40,773 bases of DNA from a virus (lineage: Duplodnaviria > Caudoviricetes), in IMG/VR virus record IMGVR_UViG_3300033067_000161, positions 1-40,773 of that record. One strand, 5' to 3'. Numbering within the stretch: the first letter of the stretch is position 1; every line of letters begins with the position of its first letter. The notes under the pieces are model-generated. The model searched no databases. It was given only the letters and a program-made list of their open reading frames with translations, and was not told the DNA's origin. Below are positions 9,801 to 18,993 of the stretch, piece by piece. The position numbers were made by a program, and so were the translations under genes.

Positions 9801-12037
9801 ACTAATGCTGGACTAGCTCTGCCAGCTGCACAGATATCTCTCAGTACCTCTAGAATGCCTCTTTGAGAACCTAACACAGAGTTATAAGTAAAGCCTTTTA
9901 AGTTACAGTAGTTAGCCCAATATTGTAATTTGACTAAATCAAATTTTTCTGCTGCATTTTTAACTCTTTGAGCATTAGCTGAATGTTCCAACACATATCT
10001 AAATAGATCAGCTGGATTATTTGTAGATGCATTTACCCAAGCAGAACCATTCCATGACTTGCAGTAAGTCTGAACAATAGCATTAATACCTTCAATACTT
10101 CCGTTTAATTGATCTGTAGCTTTAATTTTTAAAGCACTTTTAGCAATCTTTGAACCGATAGGGTCTACACTAGGGTTAGCATTTCTGGAGAATGTAATAT
10201 TCTGTAAAACACTAACGTGGTTGTATCTCCAGTTATCATCGTCCTCTACGTTGTCACCTGTATTACGTCTTACTCTTATAGATAAACCTGAAATATTCTC
10301 TGGAATCGTATTTTTATAAATACTATAAGTCTTTGTAAAAGTAAATGCGTCCTTTTTAGGTGCATCTGCGCCGATTGTAATCGTCTCTAAAGGTGTCCAA
10401 GTATTGTTAAAATAATACTCGAATGAAAAACTTGTAGGTGCTGCAAAACTCTTACCAGCATTGCTATCCTTAACTTTAATTTTTCTTAAGCCTTGCGGAA
10501 AATGTAATGCGATGGTGACACTATCAACTCGCTCTGTAGATGTTGCTTCAGCCCAAGGACCAGATTTTGTGTATGAACAAGTACCAGTCATATTTGGTTG
10601 AGCTATTACTACACTAAATACATCTGGACTTACAACAGTAACAATATATTGTCCACTGGCATTAACAATACTACCACTACAACCAAATTCATCACATACT
10701 TCGTAGTTTAAACTAATACTCAAGTTAACTGAGTCACCGTTAGCTAGTGTATGAGAGTTTTTAGTAATATAGCAAATATTACTAACTAAACTAAAATTAG
10801 CAGAAATACCATCTGGACTACCATCACACACTAATTCTAAATTAGAGTTAACTTGTGTAATATCTTTACCGTAGATAGCATTAAACTTATCTAAGTCAGA
10901 AGGTAATGGTTCGCTTTTTCTATCTAAAGTAACTAAAGTATAATCTGTATAGTTACTAATTGGTTGCTCACCGATTCTAAAGGTATTTGTGTCGATTGTT
11001 AACGGACCATATCCCCAAGTTAATAGCATAGATAGATAACTATTACGTTCATCTTCATAGGTAAGGTAGTTATATGCGCCTAATGGAGGTGTAAAACGAA
11101 CTCTACCTAGAACCACTGGAATAGCTTCGTAAGGTGTTAGGCGGTTTTGAGCGCCATTTACCATTAACTGTTGTTCCGATGAACCGGGATCATCTGGCGC
11201 GGCAGGAGGACGAATAGGTGCAATATAATCTACCATTCGCATACCAACATACACAGTTGCTGTACTCGCTGCAAAAGCAGCTGCAGCTTGTGTAGCTGTC
11301 ATCGTACCTGTACCACCGTAACCTGCAGCAGAAGCGCCAGCTGGACCTGCTACCACATAAGCGACAACCATCACTGCAATAGTAAGTAATGTACGCGTAG
11401 TATTACCACCGTTTGCAACGGCACGATATTCAACCACATCATTATCATTAAGAGTAATATCAGACCATTGCTCTTTAGCTACAATCTGTCCATTTACAAT
11501 TATGTGGACTTTACTTTTTAACTCTTCAGCTACACTGTACTCTTTGAGAATCCAATCAGCAAGTGTATTCAATTTTGTTCCAGAAGGAATAGGCATTGTA
11601 TAACGCTGAGTTTTTAACGGATGTGGTACAGCATTCAGGATAACACCTTTTGCTTGGCTATATTTAAAATAGCCTACAATACGCTTTTTCCAATAAATAG
11701 ACTCAAAAGATTCAATAGCTGAATCATAACCTTCTCTTGCATGAATAAAATGAGTTTCAGAGATAGCCACACCTACGTGAGTCTCTTCACCCATTACTCT
11801 AAATAATACAAGCGAACCCTCTACTGGAGATTCAATTTGCTCCCAACCTTCTCTGTATTGAGCAATTAAATCTGAGATGCGATCATAATCAGCGTCCTCA
11901 TACTCTGAGCTAAATGAAGGTAGGGTAATATCATATTCGTTAATATAGATTAGACGAGCCAAACCCCAACAGTCTAGCCCATCTTCGGTTCTACCTTTAT
12001 ATTTAAAAGGAATACCGACATAATTATTTGCCCACAT
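6866..12037 (-). CDS. Tail tip protein: NlpC/P60, ubiquitin-like (gpI-like) and central tail fibre (gpJ-like) fusion
   Basis: GLDCWGL..HVGV..FIHA; VNG...L...DVVEYRAVANGG; IPVVLGR, FPQGL, STNNPA; FN3-like repeats. Confidence 0.88.
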   Translation of the reverse strand: MWANNYVGIPFKYKGRTEDGLDCWGLARLIYINEYDITLPSFSSEYEDADYDRISDLIAQYREGWEQIESPVEGSLVLFRVMGEETHVGVAISETHFIHAREGYDSAIESFESIYWKKRIVGYFKYSQAKGVILNAVPHPLKTQRYTMPIPSGTKLNTLADWILKEYSVAEELKSKVHIIVNGQIVAKEQWSDITLNDNDVVEYRAVANGGNTTRTLLTIAVMVVAYVVAGPAGASAAGYGGTGTMTATQAAAAFAASTATVYVGMRMVDYIAPIRPPAAPDDPGSSEQQLMVNGAQNRLTPYEAIPVVLGRVRFTPPLGAYNYLTYEDERNSYLSMLLTWGYGPLTIDTNTFRIGEQPISNYTDYTLVTLDRKSEPLPSDLDKFNAIYGKDITQVNSNLELVCDGSPDGISANFSLVSNICYITKNSHTLANGDSVNLSISLNYEVCDEFGCSGSIVNASGQYIVTVVSPDVFSVVIAQPNMTGTCSYTKSGPWAEATSTERVDSVTIALHFPQGLRKIKVKDSNAGKSFAAPTSFSFEYYFNNTWTPLETITIGADAPKKDAFTFTKTYSIYKNTIPENISGLSIRVRRNTGDNVEDDDNWRYNHVSVLQNITFSRNANPSVDPIGSKIAKSALKIKATDQLNGSIEGINAIVQTYCKSWNGSAWVNASTNNPADLFRYVLEHSANAQRVKNAAEKFDLVKLQYWANYCNLKGFTYNSVLGSQRGILEVLRDICAAGRASPALVDGKWTVTIDEEKPNVIQHFTPHNSWGFESTKLLPKVPDGLRVTYFDEDQNYQEAEIIVYTVGKNEGNAELFESIQLPGVTKKSSVIDHARWHMAQAKLRPEIYTLNTDIEYLVCNRGDRVKVMHDVPMWGIGSGRIKNLLSTTELELDEAMPMSAGAIYSIRIRAATGASITRAILPVSTDGYYTTVKFSQPIVDEVTAGDLFMFGEINRESVDLVILSIEPTDNKSARLTLVDYGVTSTYNIFTDYLSLTEDTVFEANITLAPKLLIESFGDKKPVITGAVSNETVMEKISDGVFRYNLLISYSNASQLPKYTASVEAQYDYAAATDGLNQRSVFVSYDNGGVQIPDVVESESYKVRLRYTSSDGRIGQWSDWFVTTIVGKTSLPSDVTNFQYAPEFNSGRLRLAWDNNPEIDIKGYEVRTENAGWGTEANRIFYGLATTCSTTSESSLHLREYYIKAFDYGGNYSNNSAQISYQAVQPEPPSKLGYSYGTSSNTHSTVTFSWQSPVEIHYAIKEYVVTISKPNQPDEIATVSSTEYISNADWLGNAVLKVQAVDIIGSISEPAILTVPKYAPNPVASFNADVIDNNVLLKWALPEKTSLPISHVLIKRGESWELADRVIGEKDGTFTTIIELAGGDYTYWIAVVDTDERESTAFPVTLRVSQPPDFVFNAEWISDFSGTAYNAHKIVNSNSLLMLVDNSEDWFEHFSNNSWSSPQEQVTAGYPIYAQPSLLSAYYEEVFNYDQILNSSSITITLTGATVSGTPDVYVEIETSDDNVTWTAPRKATSLFATNFQYIRVTVKATASTDKDLYELKNLVVRLDNKQVNDSGTVSTLSTDTDGTIVNFNKEFLDVESITLTASGTTPLTAVYDFKDTTLSGTYSVTSGVCTVTITDPEDTNHGLTTGQKVRLAFSTGNGVSGVYSITKVSNSVYTVDFTGQPDTSGNLLTYAQSMRIYTFKSTDGSRQSAKVGWQLRGY

Positions 12038-12076
12038 TAGATACCTCGTAATGGTTGTTGTTTATAAATTCTTGCC

Positions 12077-12598
12077 TTAGAACATACCGGGGAAATACCT
12101 CGGTGTGAAAGAATGCATAGGGAATGGTTCACGTTCTAAGTCTACCATCGAAAGATTAGCTGTAACAGAATCTGCTGAATAAGTGAAACTGTTTATATAA
12201 AAACCGTCAAATGAAATCTCAATTATGTCTGGACTCTTAGAAAGTACTAACTCCATCTTTATAGATGGTGAACCAGTAATTGTTCTAATTAACGGTGTAA
12301 TAAGATGAGTTACATCGTGAAGTGTAATTGAGCATCGCGGAGCTTGAGCTTCATCTTCTGTTGGAAGTGATATTTCCATAGGAAGAAAAATAAAATCTTG
12401 AGCGTTGCTTTTTACACCGTATACAACATCTTCATTTGTTTCGCTGATACGTTCCGTAAAACCATCTGCTAATCTAGCAATAACCTCTGTAGGATTGTTA
12501 GGGTCATAGATGGTTAACAAAATTAGCAAATCAGAATCTGCATCTGGAGAGAAAATGGTTCTGATTGCTTCTGGTGACATAGTGGTTAATCTACTCAT
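12077..12598 (-). CDS. Minor tail protein (DUF1833-like, gpL-analogous)
   Basis: LLTI, F..LP.EISLP, ELVL..SPD and C-terminal F.P..FPG.F; synteny. Confidence 0.8.
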   Translation of the reverse strand: MSRLTTMSPEAIRTIFSPDADSDLLILLTIYDPNNPTEVIARLADGFTERISETNEDVVYGVKSNAQDFIFLPMEISLPTEDEAQAPRCSITLHDVTHLITPLIRTITGSPSIKMELVLSKSPDIIEISFDGFYINSFTYSADSVTANLSMVDLEREPFPMHSFTPRYFPGMF

Positions 12599-12960
12599 GG
12601 CAAGATTTCCAGTGTCAACGATGCTGAGTAAAGGTCTGGAAGTACATAACTTAAGTTATATAATCCACCGTCTTGTTGTGGCACAATCCTAGCTTCAACT
12701 GTAGTTTCTAATCTAGGATGTGGAAAACCGAAACGTGTTGTACCTTTTAATGTATCTTTTACAAATGTATTTAATGTCTCAACTTGATCTGTTGATAACA
12801 TGTACACTACATTTAACGTGTCTGGACGTTGACCTCTACGGCGTAACTTGGCAGGACCAGCATCCATAGAAGTTCTTAACATTAGAACACCGCTTGATTC
12901 AGAGTAATCAGTCTTTGGCTTCTGCGGTAATGTTGAAGGCCATATATAAGCATATGCCAT
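12595..12960 (-). CDS. Distal tail protein (gpM-like)
   Basis: WP..LP, RT.MD.GPAK.RRR, F.FPHP; directly after the tape measure gene. Confidence 0.8.
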   Translation of the reverse strand: MAYAYIWPSTLPQKPKTDYSESSGVLMLRTSMDAGPAKLRRRGQRPDTLNVVYMLSTDQVETLNTFVKDTLKGTTRFGFPHPRLETTVEARIVPQQDGGLYNLSYVLPDLYSASLTLEILP

Positions 12961-12962
12961 TA

Positions 12963-15900
12963 TTATCTCCTAATTAAGTTTGGTTGAATACCATAAGTAG
13001 ATTTCATAGCTTTTTGTGAAGAGCTACCACTGCGTTGAACCTCAGTAGCCGCAACATCGCCAATCATCACATCAACCTTACGATTACCTCTAGAGTCAAT
13101 AGTCTCTTTAGCTGTAGCCTCAACACCACTATTGTTTATAATATTAATTTGAGTGCTACCTGAACCAGCGCCAGCTGCTGCAACACCTAAAGAACCATCG
13201 GCTCCACGGCGTAACGGCATAATAGCTTCTGGACCTGCTTCACCCATCATTCCAGTGCCTTTAGCAAACTTGAATAGGGTTGGACTATCTACGATTGAGT
13301 TTGTGAATGAACCGCCCTTAGCAAACATTTGAACACCATTCGCATAAGCCCCACCTAACGCTAGTGCAGGTAGTGGAGTAGCAACCATAGATTGACCACC
13401 ACCTGACATTGGGCCTCCAACTGTTGCGCCAGAAGCTTGTGCGCCAGACTCCCAACCGCCAGTAAACATGCCCATAACGCCACCAGCCCCACCTAAACCA
13501 CGGTAGATAGCCATAGACTGTGCTCTAGCTTCGAAACGGATTAAGTCGGCAATGAGGTTATCTACTAAACTTTTCATACTGAATTTACCAGTTTGAACAA
13601 AGTTTACGATAGCATCGCCCATACCATTGAATACATTTTCAAATGCATTACCATAAGCATTAACTCTTTCAGCTTTCAGCATATTGTTGACTTCGCGCTC
13701 AGAGTTTAAAACTCTTTGGTTGTACCTATCAAGAGCTGCCATTTTTTCCATCTTCTTGTCGTCAGAACTCCAAGATTGTGCATCAATCAATAGCTCCTCT
13801 TCTCTGAGTTTCTTCGCAGCCTCTAAAGTTCGATTGTACTTCATTTTAGCCACATCTGTAGCTCCAATTAAAGCTGTTTGATTATATAAGGCTTCATTCT
13901 CTTCAAAGATAGCTGCATTAGATTTAATGCCGTACTGTGTTTTAGTTTTTTCGTTAATTTCATTAGAAGCTTTAACAAGTTCCGTCATGATTTTTTGTTG
14001 CTTCTTTTGACCTTCTTCTAAGAAACGTGGGTCAACAGCGAGTGATAACATCCGCTTTTGAGCTTCATTCATGTTGATTTGAGCGTCTTCATATACAGCA
14101 ACCATCTTCTGAGCGTTCTGCATTTCAGATTCAAAGAATGTTAATGAACGTTGTTCATCTTTATACTTCTTACGAATATTATTAATCTGTTGTTCATGTT
14201 CAGCTTGGGTAATCTTACCTTCGTTAAGCAACTTTTGATTTCTAATGGTAGCTTCTGCAATCTCTTTTTCGCGCTTCTCTCGATTGGTTGCAAATTGCTC
14301 CTGATCTTTAGTAAAACCTTCATAAGCTTTCGCAATATTAGATGCGTGTGCAACTCTTTCTTGCTCTACAAGCGAAGACTTAGCGATTAATCTTAACTGT
14401 TCTTCAATTAAAGATTTCTCTTCGGTTAACTGCTTTTTATAAGCATCACCAATACCTATTGTATCAATAGAAGCTTGAACAACTCTTAACCTATTTTGTA
14501 AGATAGAAGATGGGTCAGCTTTAGTCCAAATGTCCTTAAACACATTGTCCCACCACTCGGAAAGTCCTGAGCCTAATGTCTTTAGCATAATGGCAAAACT
14601 GCTATAGTCTTTTTTCATTCTCTCAACTTGCGCTGCATTAGTATCAGCTAAAGTTTTCATTGCCACTGCCGTAGCCTCTGCTGTTTTTCCTTGCTGCTCT
14701 AAGGCCACAACAACCTTTAAAGTTTCTACAGGAATCATGCCAGTAGCTTTAGCCAATTCAAATAAAGCCTTCACTGGTTCATCACGCATCTTAGCAAAAG
14801 ATTTTACAGTATCCTCAATCGCTATACCTGCATATGTCTGCATATCTACTGCTGCTTTTGTAACTAGCGGAATTTGTGTAGATAAGAAACCACCCTCTTT
14901 AGCCATAGCTGTAATAACAGTTAAAGCTTTTGTAGTGCTAACGCCAGCCTGATTTAACGAATTAGCGTAGGCTAGAGCCTGATCTTTAGCCATACCAAGG
15001 GAACCACCAGTTAAAGCTAATTGCTTAACTAAAGCATCGCTTTGAACTACGCTGTCATAAAACCCCTTAGCTAAGGCAGCTAATGTTGCTACAATTGCCA
15101 CAATACCAACTTTACCTAAGCCAATAGCAGCTAATTTAACTCGTTCAAAAGCTGCGGCGGCTGTCTCACCACCCATAGTTAATGATTTAAAACCATCAAC
15201 CAGTAATGTAAACATGCCGCCACCAATTGTTGTAGCGACAGATTTTAGTGCATTAACTAGTAAACCTCCAACGGCTAAACCAACGTCTTTAATACTGGTT
15301 ACCATAGACTTGGATGCTTCTACAAGCATTTTACCCATGTCTTTACCTGCGACACCAGCTAAAGCAAATTGGTCACGTAATTGACCACCTTGTTGTAACA
15401 GAACCATTAGTGGGCTTTGACCTGTCATTAGGCCAACACCAATATCGGTAATCTGTGGACCTAATGCACGAGATAAATAGTCTACTTGGCGATTACCACT
15501 TGCCTTATTTAATTCAGCTAATTTTTTACGGTAAGCTTCTAAGGCTACAACTTGTTCGCTGGCAGTCTTGCCTGACTTCTTCAAGGCATTTTCAAAACGT
15601 ACTAAGGCGTTATTTGTACCTGAGCTTAACTCTTTGTTTTCTTCTTTAAGCGCAGAATTAACACGGTTAATTTCTTTATCTAAGTATGCGTTAGCTTTAG
15701 CTGTATCATTAGTAGCGCGTTGCTTTGCTTTAACATTACCTGTTAAGGCATTATCTAAATTTGCTTGCTCTTTATATGCAGCGTTAACTGCATAAATCTC
15801 GGCGCGAATTTCAGAGAAAGTTTTACCTTCGATTTTGCCAGCCTCGATTAAACGTAGCTTTTCACGAGCTAAGTCCTTCATCTGTGCTACAGATAAATTA

Positions 15901-16316
15901 GATTCAGCATTGTATAAACGATTGACTTCTTTAAGAACAGTGTATTCGTTCTTTAACAGTTTCATTGCGCCGATAGACTTATCAAACGGGTCTGTACCCA
16001 TTAATGTTCGCTGCTTAGTAAGTGTATCACCTAATGCTGCAATTTCATCTTTTAAAGCACCTGAAGCTTTTGCATATGCTAGTACTGAAGCCTGACCTTT
16101 AGAATAACCTTCAGTCATAAACTTTAGGATATCTTGCTGGCGCTGTAAAACTGTCGTATTTTCTTTAGCAACCTTAGTTGCTTTTTCAGTAGTAGCTGTA
16201 TTCTCTTTTACTGGCTTATTCACCTTAGTAACAGCTTGACCTAAGTTACCTAAGGCCGTTACAGCAGAAGTTAATTCTGATGTATCTACTTTAAATTTTA
16301 ATGTCTGTAAATCCAT
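12963..16316 (-). CDS. Tape measure protein
   Basis: 1117-aa helical protein; QITDI...L.TGQSP..VLLQQGGQL and GEAGPEAIMPL.R motifs. Confidence 0.95.
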   Translation of the reverse strand: MDLQTLKFKVDTSELTSAVTALGNLGQAVTKVNKPVKENTATTEKATKVAKENTTVLQRQQDILKFMTEGYSKGQASVLAYAKASGALKDEIAALGDTLTKQRTLMGTDPFDKSIGAMKLLKNEYTVLKEVNRLYNAESNLSVAQMKDLAREKLRLIEAGKIEGKTFSEIRAEIYAVNAAYKEQANLDNALTGNVKAKQRATNDTAKANAYLDKEINRVNSALKEENKELSSGTNNALVRFENALKKSGKTASEQVVALEAYRKKLAELNKASGNRQVDYLSRALGPQITDIGVGLMTGQSPLMVLLQQGGQLRDQFALAGVAGKDMGKMLVEASKSMVTSIKDVGLAVGGLLVNALKSVATTIGGGMFTLLVDGFKSLTMGGETAAAAFERVKLAAIGLGKVGIVAIVATLAALAKGFYDSVVQSDALVKQLALTGGSLGMAKDQALAYANSLNQAGVSTTKALTVITAMAKEGGFLSTQIPLVTKAAVDMQTYAGIAIEDTVKSFAKMRDEPVKALFELAKATGMIPVETLKVVVALEQQGKTAEATAVAMKTLADTNAAQVERMKKDYSSFAIMLKTLGSGLSEWWDNVFKDIWTKADPSSILQNRLRVVQASIDTIGIGDAYKKQLTEEKSLIEEQLRLIAKSSLVEQERVAHASNIAKAYEGFTKDQEQFATNREKREKEIAEATIRNQKLLNEGKITQAEHEQQINNIRKKYKDEQRSLTFFESEMQNAQKMVAVYEDAQINMNEAQKRMLSLAVDPRFLEEGQKKQQKIMTELVKASNEINEKTKTQYGIKSNAAIFEENEALYNQTALIGATDVAKMKYNRTLEAAKKLREEELLIDAQSWSSDDKKMEKMAALDRYNQRVLNSEREVNNMLKAERVNAYGNAFENVFNGMGDAIVNFVQTGKFSMKSLVDNLIADLIRFEARAQSMAIYRGLGGAGGVMGMFTGGWESGAQASGATVGGPMSGGGQSMVATPLPALALGGAYANGVQMFAKGGSFTNSIVDSPTLFKFAKGTGMMGEAGPEAIMPLRRGADGSLGVAAAGAGSGSTQINIINNSGVEATAKETIDSRGNRKVDVMIGDVAATEVQRSGSSSQKAMKSTYGIQPNLIRR

Positions 16317-16378
16317 AATATTTCCTAATTATGTGTTGTGTTTATCTCTAAATACTTATTAAATAACTAAAGATAAAC

Positions 16379-16394
16379 GCCCTCTTTCGAGGGC
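16379..16394 (-). terminator. Intrinsic terminator-like hairpin
   Basis: GCCCTC-GAAA-GAGGGC-GTTTATCTTT on the minus strand. Confidence 0.6.
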
Positions 16395-16398
16395 ATTC

Positions 16399-16761
16399 TT
16401 ATTCAGCTTTTTCAAATGCATCTAAAGCAACCTTATCGAATTTTCGAATTAAGGTTACTTCCCACTCGTCTAAATCAATCTGCATAAGCTCAGAATAATT
16501 TCTTATTTCTGTATATGTAATTGGATTTGCACCAAAACCACTACTGGCTCTGGTTGAATGTAAGTCCATAAAATATGCCCAAACTAAGGCACAACTTTCA
16601 GGCAGTTCGATAAGTTCTCGAAGTTCTTTAGGTTTGATACCTGTTTGTCTCCATACACTTTCTAAATGCTGCTTTAAGCTTGCACCTTTTTTATCTCGGC
16701 TATTAAATTTAAACTCTTGCTCTGCGTAAGCTACTGCTTGTTCAATCGCCTCTGGGTCGAA
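16399..16761 (-). CDS. Tail assembly chaperone extension (gpT-like), probably reached by +1 frameshift
   Basis: 120 open codons missing from the ORF track: FDPEAIEQAVAYAEQEF...VWAYFMDLHSTRASSGFGANPITYTEI...WEVTLIRKFD...; no ATG until about codon 65. Confidence 0.8.
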   Translation of the reverse strand, partial: FDPEAIEQAVAYAEQEFKFNSRDKKGASLKQHLESVWRQTGIKPKELRELIELPESCALVWAYFMDLHSTRASSGFGANPITYTEIRNYSELMQIDLDEWEVTLIRKFDKVALDAFEKAE

Positions 16762-17158
16762 AATTTAGAATCTGTGAAGATTCCTCCATTACCTGTTCAC
16801 GAATCCAACCGTGTTCTTTAAAGATACGTGCAGCAGCCTCTTTGGAGAATGGTACATCTACGCCACCATCGGCAATACCTCTCCAATCCATAACTCGTAC
16901 AACTGCTGTCTCAATAGCCATATCTTCAGCTTCATCTAAGGTGATATCGTCAGCTTCTTTACCACGGCGGCGAGCTTGTTGTTGCTTTTGTTGGAACTCT
17001 TTATATTTATTACGCCCAAAAGCTTTCACAGTTTTAGATTCTTCACCACGTACTGTAATAAAAGCACCAGTTGCCTCGCCAGTAGGCATCTTTAATTCAA
17101 ATTCAAAACCAACATCGGCTGCTACGCTTAAGTTATTTTTTGCTAAGTCAAATGACAT
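16742..17158 (-). CDS. Tail assembly chaperone (gpG-like)
   Basis: Between the tail tube and tape measure genes; ITVRG.ES, V.DWRGI, WIREQV...NF. Confidence 0.85.
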   Translation of the reverse strand: MSFDLAKNNLSVAADVGFEFELKMPTGEATGAFITVRGEESKTVKAFGRNKYKEFQQKQQQARRRGKEADDITLDEAEDMAIETAVVRVMDWRGIADGGVDVPFSKEAAARIFKEHGWIREQVMEESSQILNFRPRGD

Positions 17159-17214
17159 ATTTATCCTTTCGAGATGTTAATAAAATGGATATTACTATCC
17201 TCTATACAGATATG

Positions 17215-17243
17215 ATTATAACATATTTTTACTTGAAAAGCAA
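17215..17243 (-). promoter_or_regulatory. Sigma70-type promoter
   Basis: TTGCTT-17-TATAAT with extended -10. Confidence 0.7.
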
Positions 17244-17254
17244 GGTGCAGACGT

Positions 17255-17290
17255 AAAAAAACCCCAAGGCTTTTACACCAAGGGGTTCTT
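17255..17290 (-). terminator. Intrinsic terminator after the tail tube gene
   Basis: ACCCC..GG...CC..GGGGT followed by a T7 tract on the minus strand. Confidence 0.75.
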
Positions 17291-17312
17291 ATATGGCCTC
17301 TAAGGGCAACTA

Positions 17313-18521
17313 TTAAGCTGCAGAGTCTTGTACAGCGATAGTAGTTGCTGGTAAACCGCCAGTAGTTACTTCGTTAAGTAACGCTTGGAAGCTTGTTGCA
17401 GCTACAATACCTAATTCACCGTCATCTTTTGTGAAGCTACCTAATTTTACTTTTGGTAAGGTGAAGGTTACAAAGTCTGAATCCTTGCTTGAGTCGCTAG
17501 TTAAAACTAGGACTAGTGAAACAGGCACTTCATCATCAAAATATGTACGGAAGGCAGCATCTTGGAAATATACACTTAGGTTACCACTAACACGGATACG
17601 ACCTGAGAAGATATCTGCTACTGAGTTTGAACCTACAGTAGTAGCATTCTCTGTTGCACGATCAATGGTAAAATCGGCAGAAGTAACTAAAGCTACTGGA
17701 GCACCATCAATTAACATAACACCGTTAACAGCAGCGAAAATACCATTAGTACCTTGAGCTGTAGGTGAAGAGAAATATTGGGTAGTACCAGATTGAGCCA
17801 TATCCTTGCCAGCAAAACCTACATCAATAGTAGTTAAACCAGTGGCAGGTAATTGAACAGCAACACTGTTTACTTTCATGCCTGTGAATACTTCTGATTG
17901 AGCAATATCACTATACCACTCTTCGATAGTGTATGATTGATCTGTGTGACCTGTAGAAGGAACAAAAGTTGTTTTGCCAACTGTTTGAATATCTACATCA
18001 GCAATTGGACCTTCTTCTTCTAATGCGGAACCGTTTACTGGAGTAACAGTTAATACTGTGTCAGTTACACTGGTAATTAGTAAGTTATTGTCTACGTTGG
18101 CTGCACTTAAAGAGCTACCTGTTAAACGAATGACTGTACCGACTTTGTAACCGTTAGTAAGAAAGTCACCAGCAGAACGTTCTACAGTGTATGTGTTACC
18201 AACTGCTGTAATTGTAATTGATACACCGACAGAAGAAACACCTACAGTAAAATCGCGAGCAACAACAGAACCAATAAAGTCTGCATAAGATGCTGGAGAT
18301 AATTCACCGTTTAAGCTGCCTTCAGCACTACGTACACCGTGACGGAAATCAGCGATTTGACGGTCTGTACGAATTTCACCTGATTCATAGGTTTCTTTTG
18401 TTAAGTTAAAGTTAGCTGTAACACGGCGTAATAGTTTGGCACTTGATGAACCAGCTAATACACCAAACGCGCTTTCCTTTTTGTAGCCGACCTGTTTAGC
18501 CGTACCTTTTGCGATTGTCAT
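17313..18521 (-). CDS. Major tail tube protein
   Basis: KE..FG, LR.....NL.K....S.EIR.DRQ, G.L.GELS, SG.LSVYF; synteny. Confidence 0.9.
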   Translation of the reverse strand: MTIAKGTAKQVGYKKESAFGVLAGSSSAKLLRRVTANFNLTKETYESGEIRTDRQIADFRHGVRSAEGSLNGELSPASYADFIGSVVARDFTVGVSSVGVSITITAVGNTYTVERSAGDFLTNGYKVGTVIRLTGSSLSAANVDNNLLITSVTDTVLTVTPVNGSALEEEGPIADVDIQTVGKTTFVPSTGHTDQSYTIEEWYSDIAQSEVFTGMKVNSVAVQLPATGLTTIDVGFAGKDMAQSGTTQYFSSPTAQGTNGIFAAVNGVMLIDGAPVALVTSADFTIDRATENATTVGSNSVADIFSGRIRVSGNLSVYFQDAAFRTYFDDEVPVSLVLVLTSDSSKDSDFVTFTLPKVKLGSFTKDDGELGIVAATSFQALLNEVTTGGLPATTIAVQDSAA

Positions 18522-18585
18522 ATTGTTTTCTCCAATTTAAATTTTCATTTGCAAATGAACTGATTTAGGAAACCAGCAAACCAAA

Positions 18586-18993
18586 TCAGTACGAATATAC
18601 TTCAGCTACTAATTCTATTAAGACAGGGCAAATAACCCTATCTGAAACTATTGATGTACCTGCAATTTGAGGTGTAGTTAGTACATGAATTTTTATATTA
18701 TCTTCTACAAGCACAGTACCCTTTTTAAAGTGATTACGAATAAGTTCTGCACGAGCTAAAACTTCAGCTGTACCTTTATTTGTAGTACCTAAACAGAATA
18801 CTTGCATTGTCACACGTTCTCTGTGAAAACCTGTACCTAATACAGGGTCATCAGGAGATTGTATCGTGAACTGGACTCTTTCATAAAGACCCGTAGGAGG
18901 TGTAAAACTTACACCTTCCCAAGCAATAGGCACAGTAGGTGTCAATGAATTTAGCTGACGTTCTGCAGCTTTCTTAATTTTAATTATTGCCAT
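18586..18993 (-). CDS. Tail terminator protein (DUF4128-like)
   Basis: IAWE...F.PP, QVF....G......AE.I..HF..G; start at 18993 or 19005. Confidence 0.75.
   Translation of the reverse strand: MAIIKIKKAAERQLNSLTPTVPIAWEGVSFTPPTGLYERVQFTIQSPDDPVLGTGFHRERVTMQVFCLGTTNKGTAEVLARAELIRNHFKKGTVLVEDNIKIHVLTTPQIAGTSIVSDRVICPVLIELVAEVYSY

Noticed and set aside
16730-16766. Canonical -1 frameshift at A_AAT_TTT
   Set aside because: The -1 frame reaches TAG after 9 codons; the chaperone-like extension is in the +1 frame.
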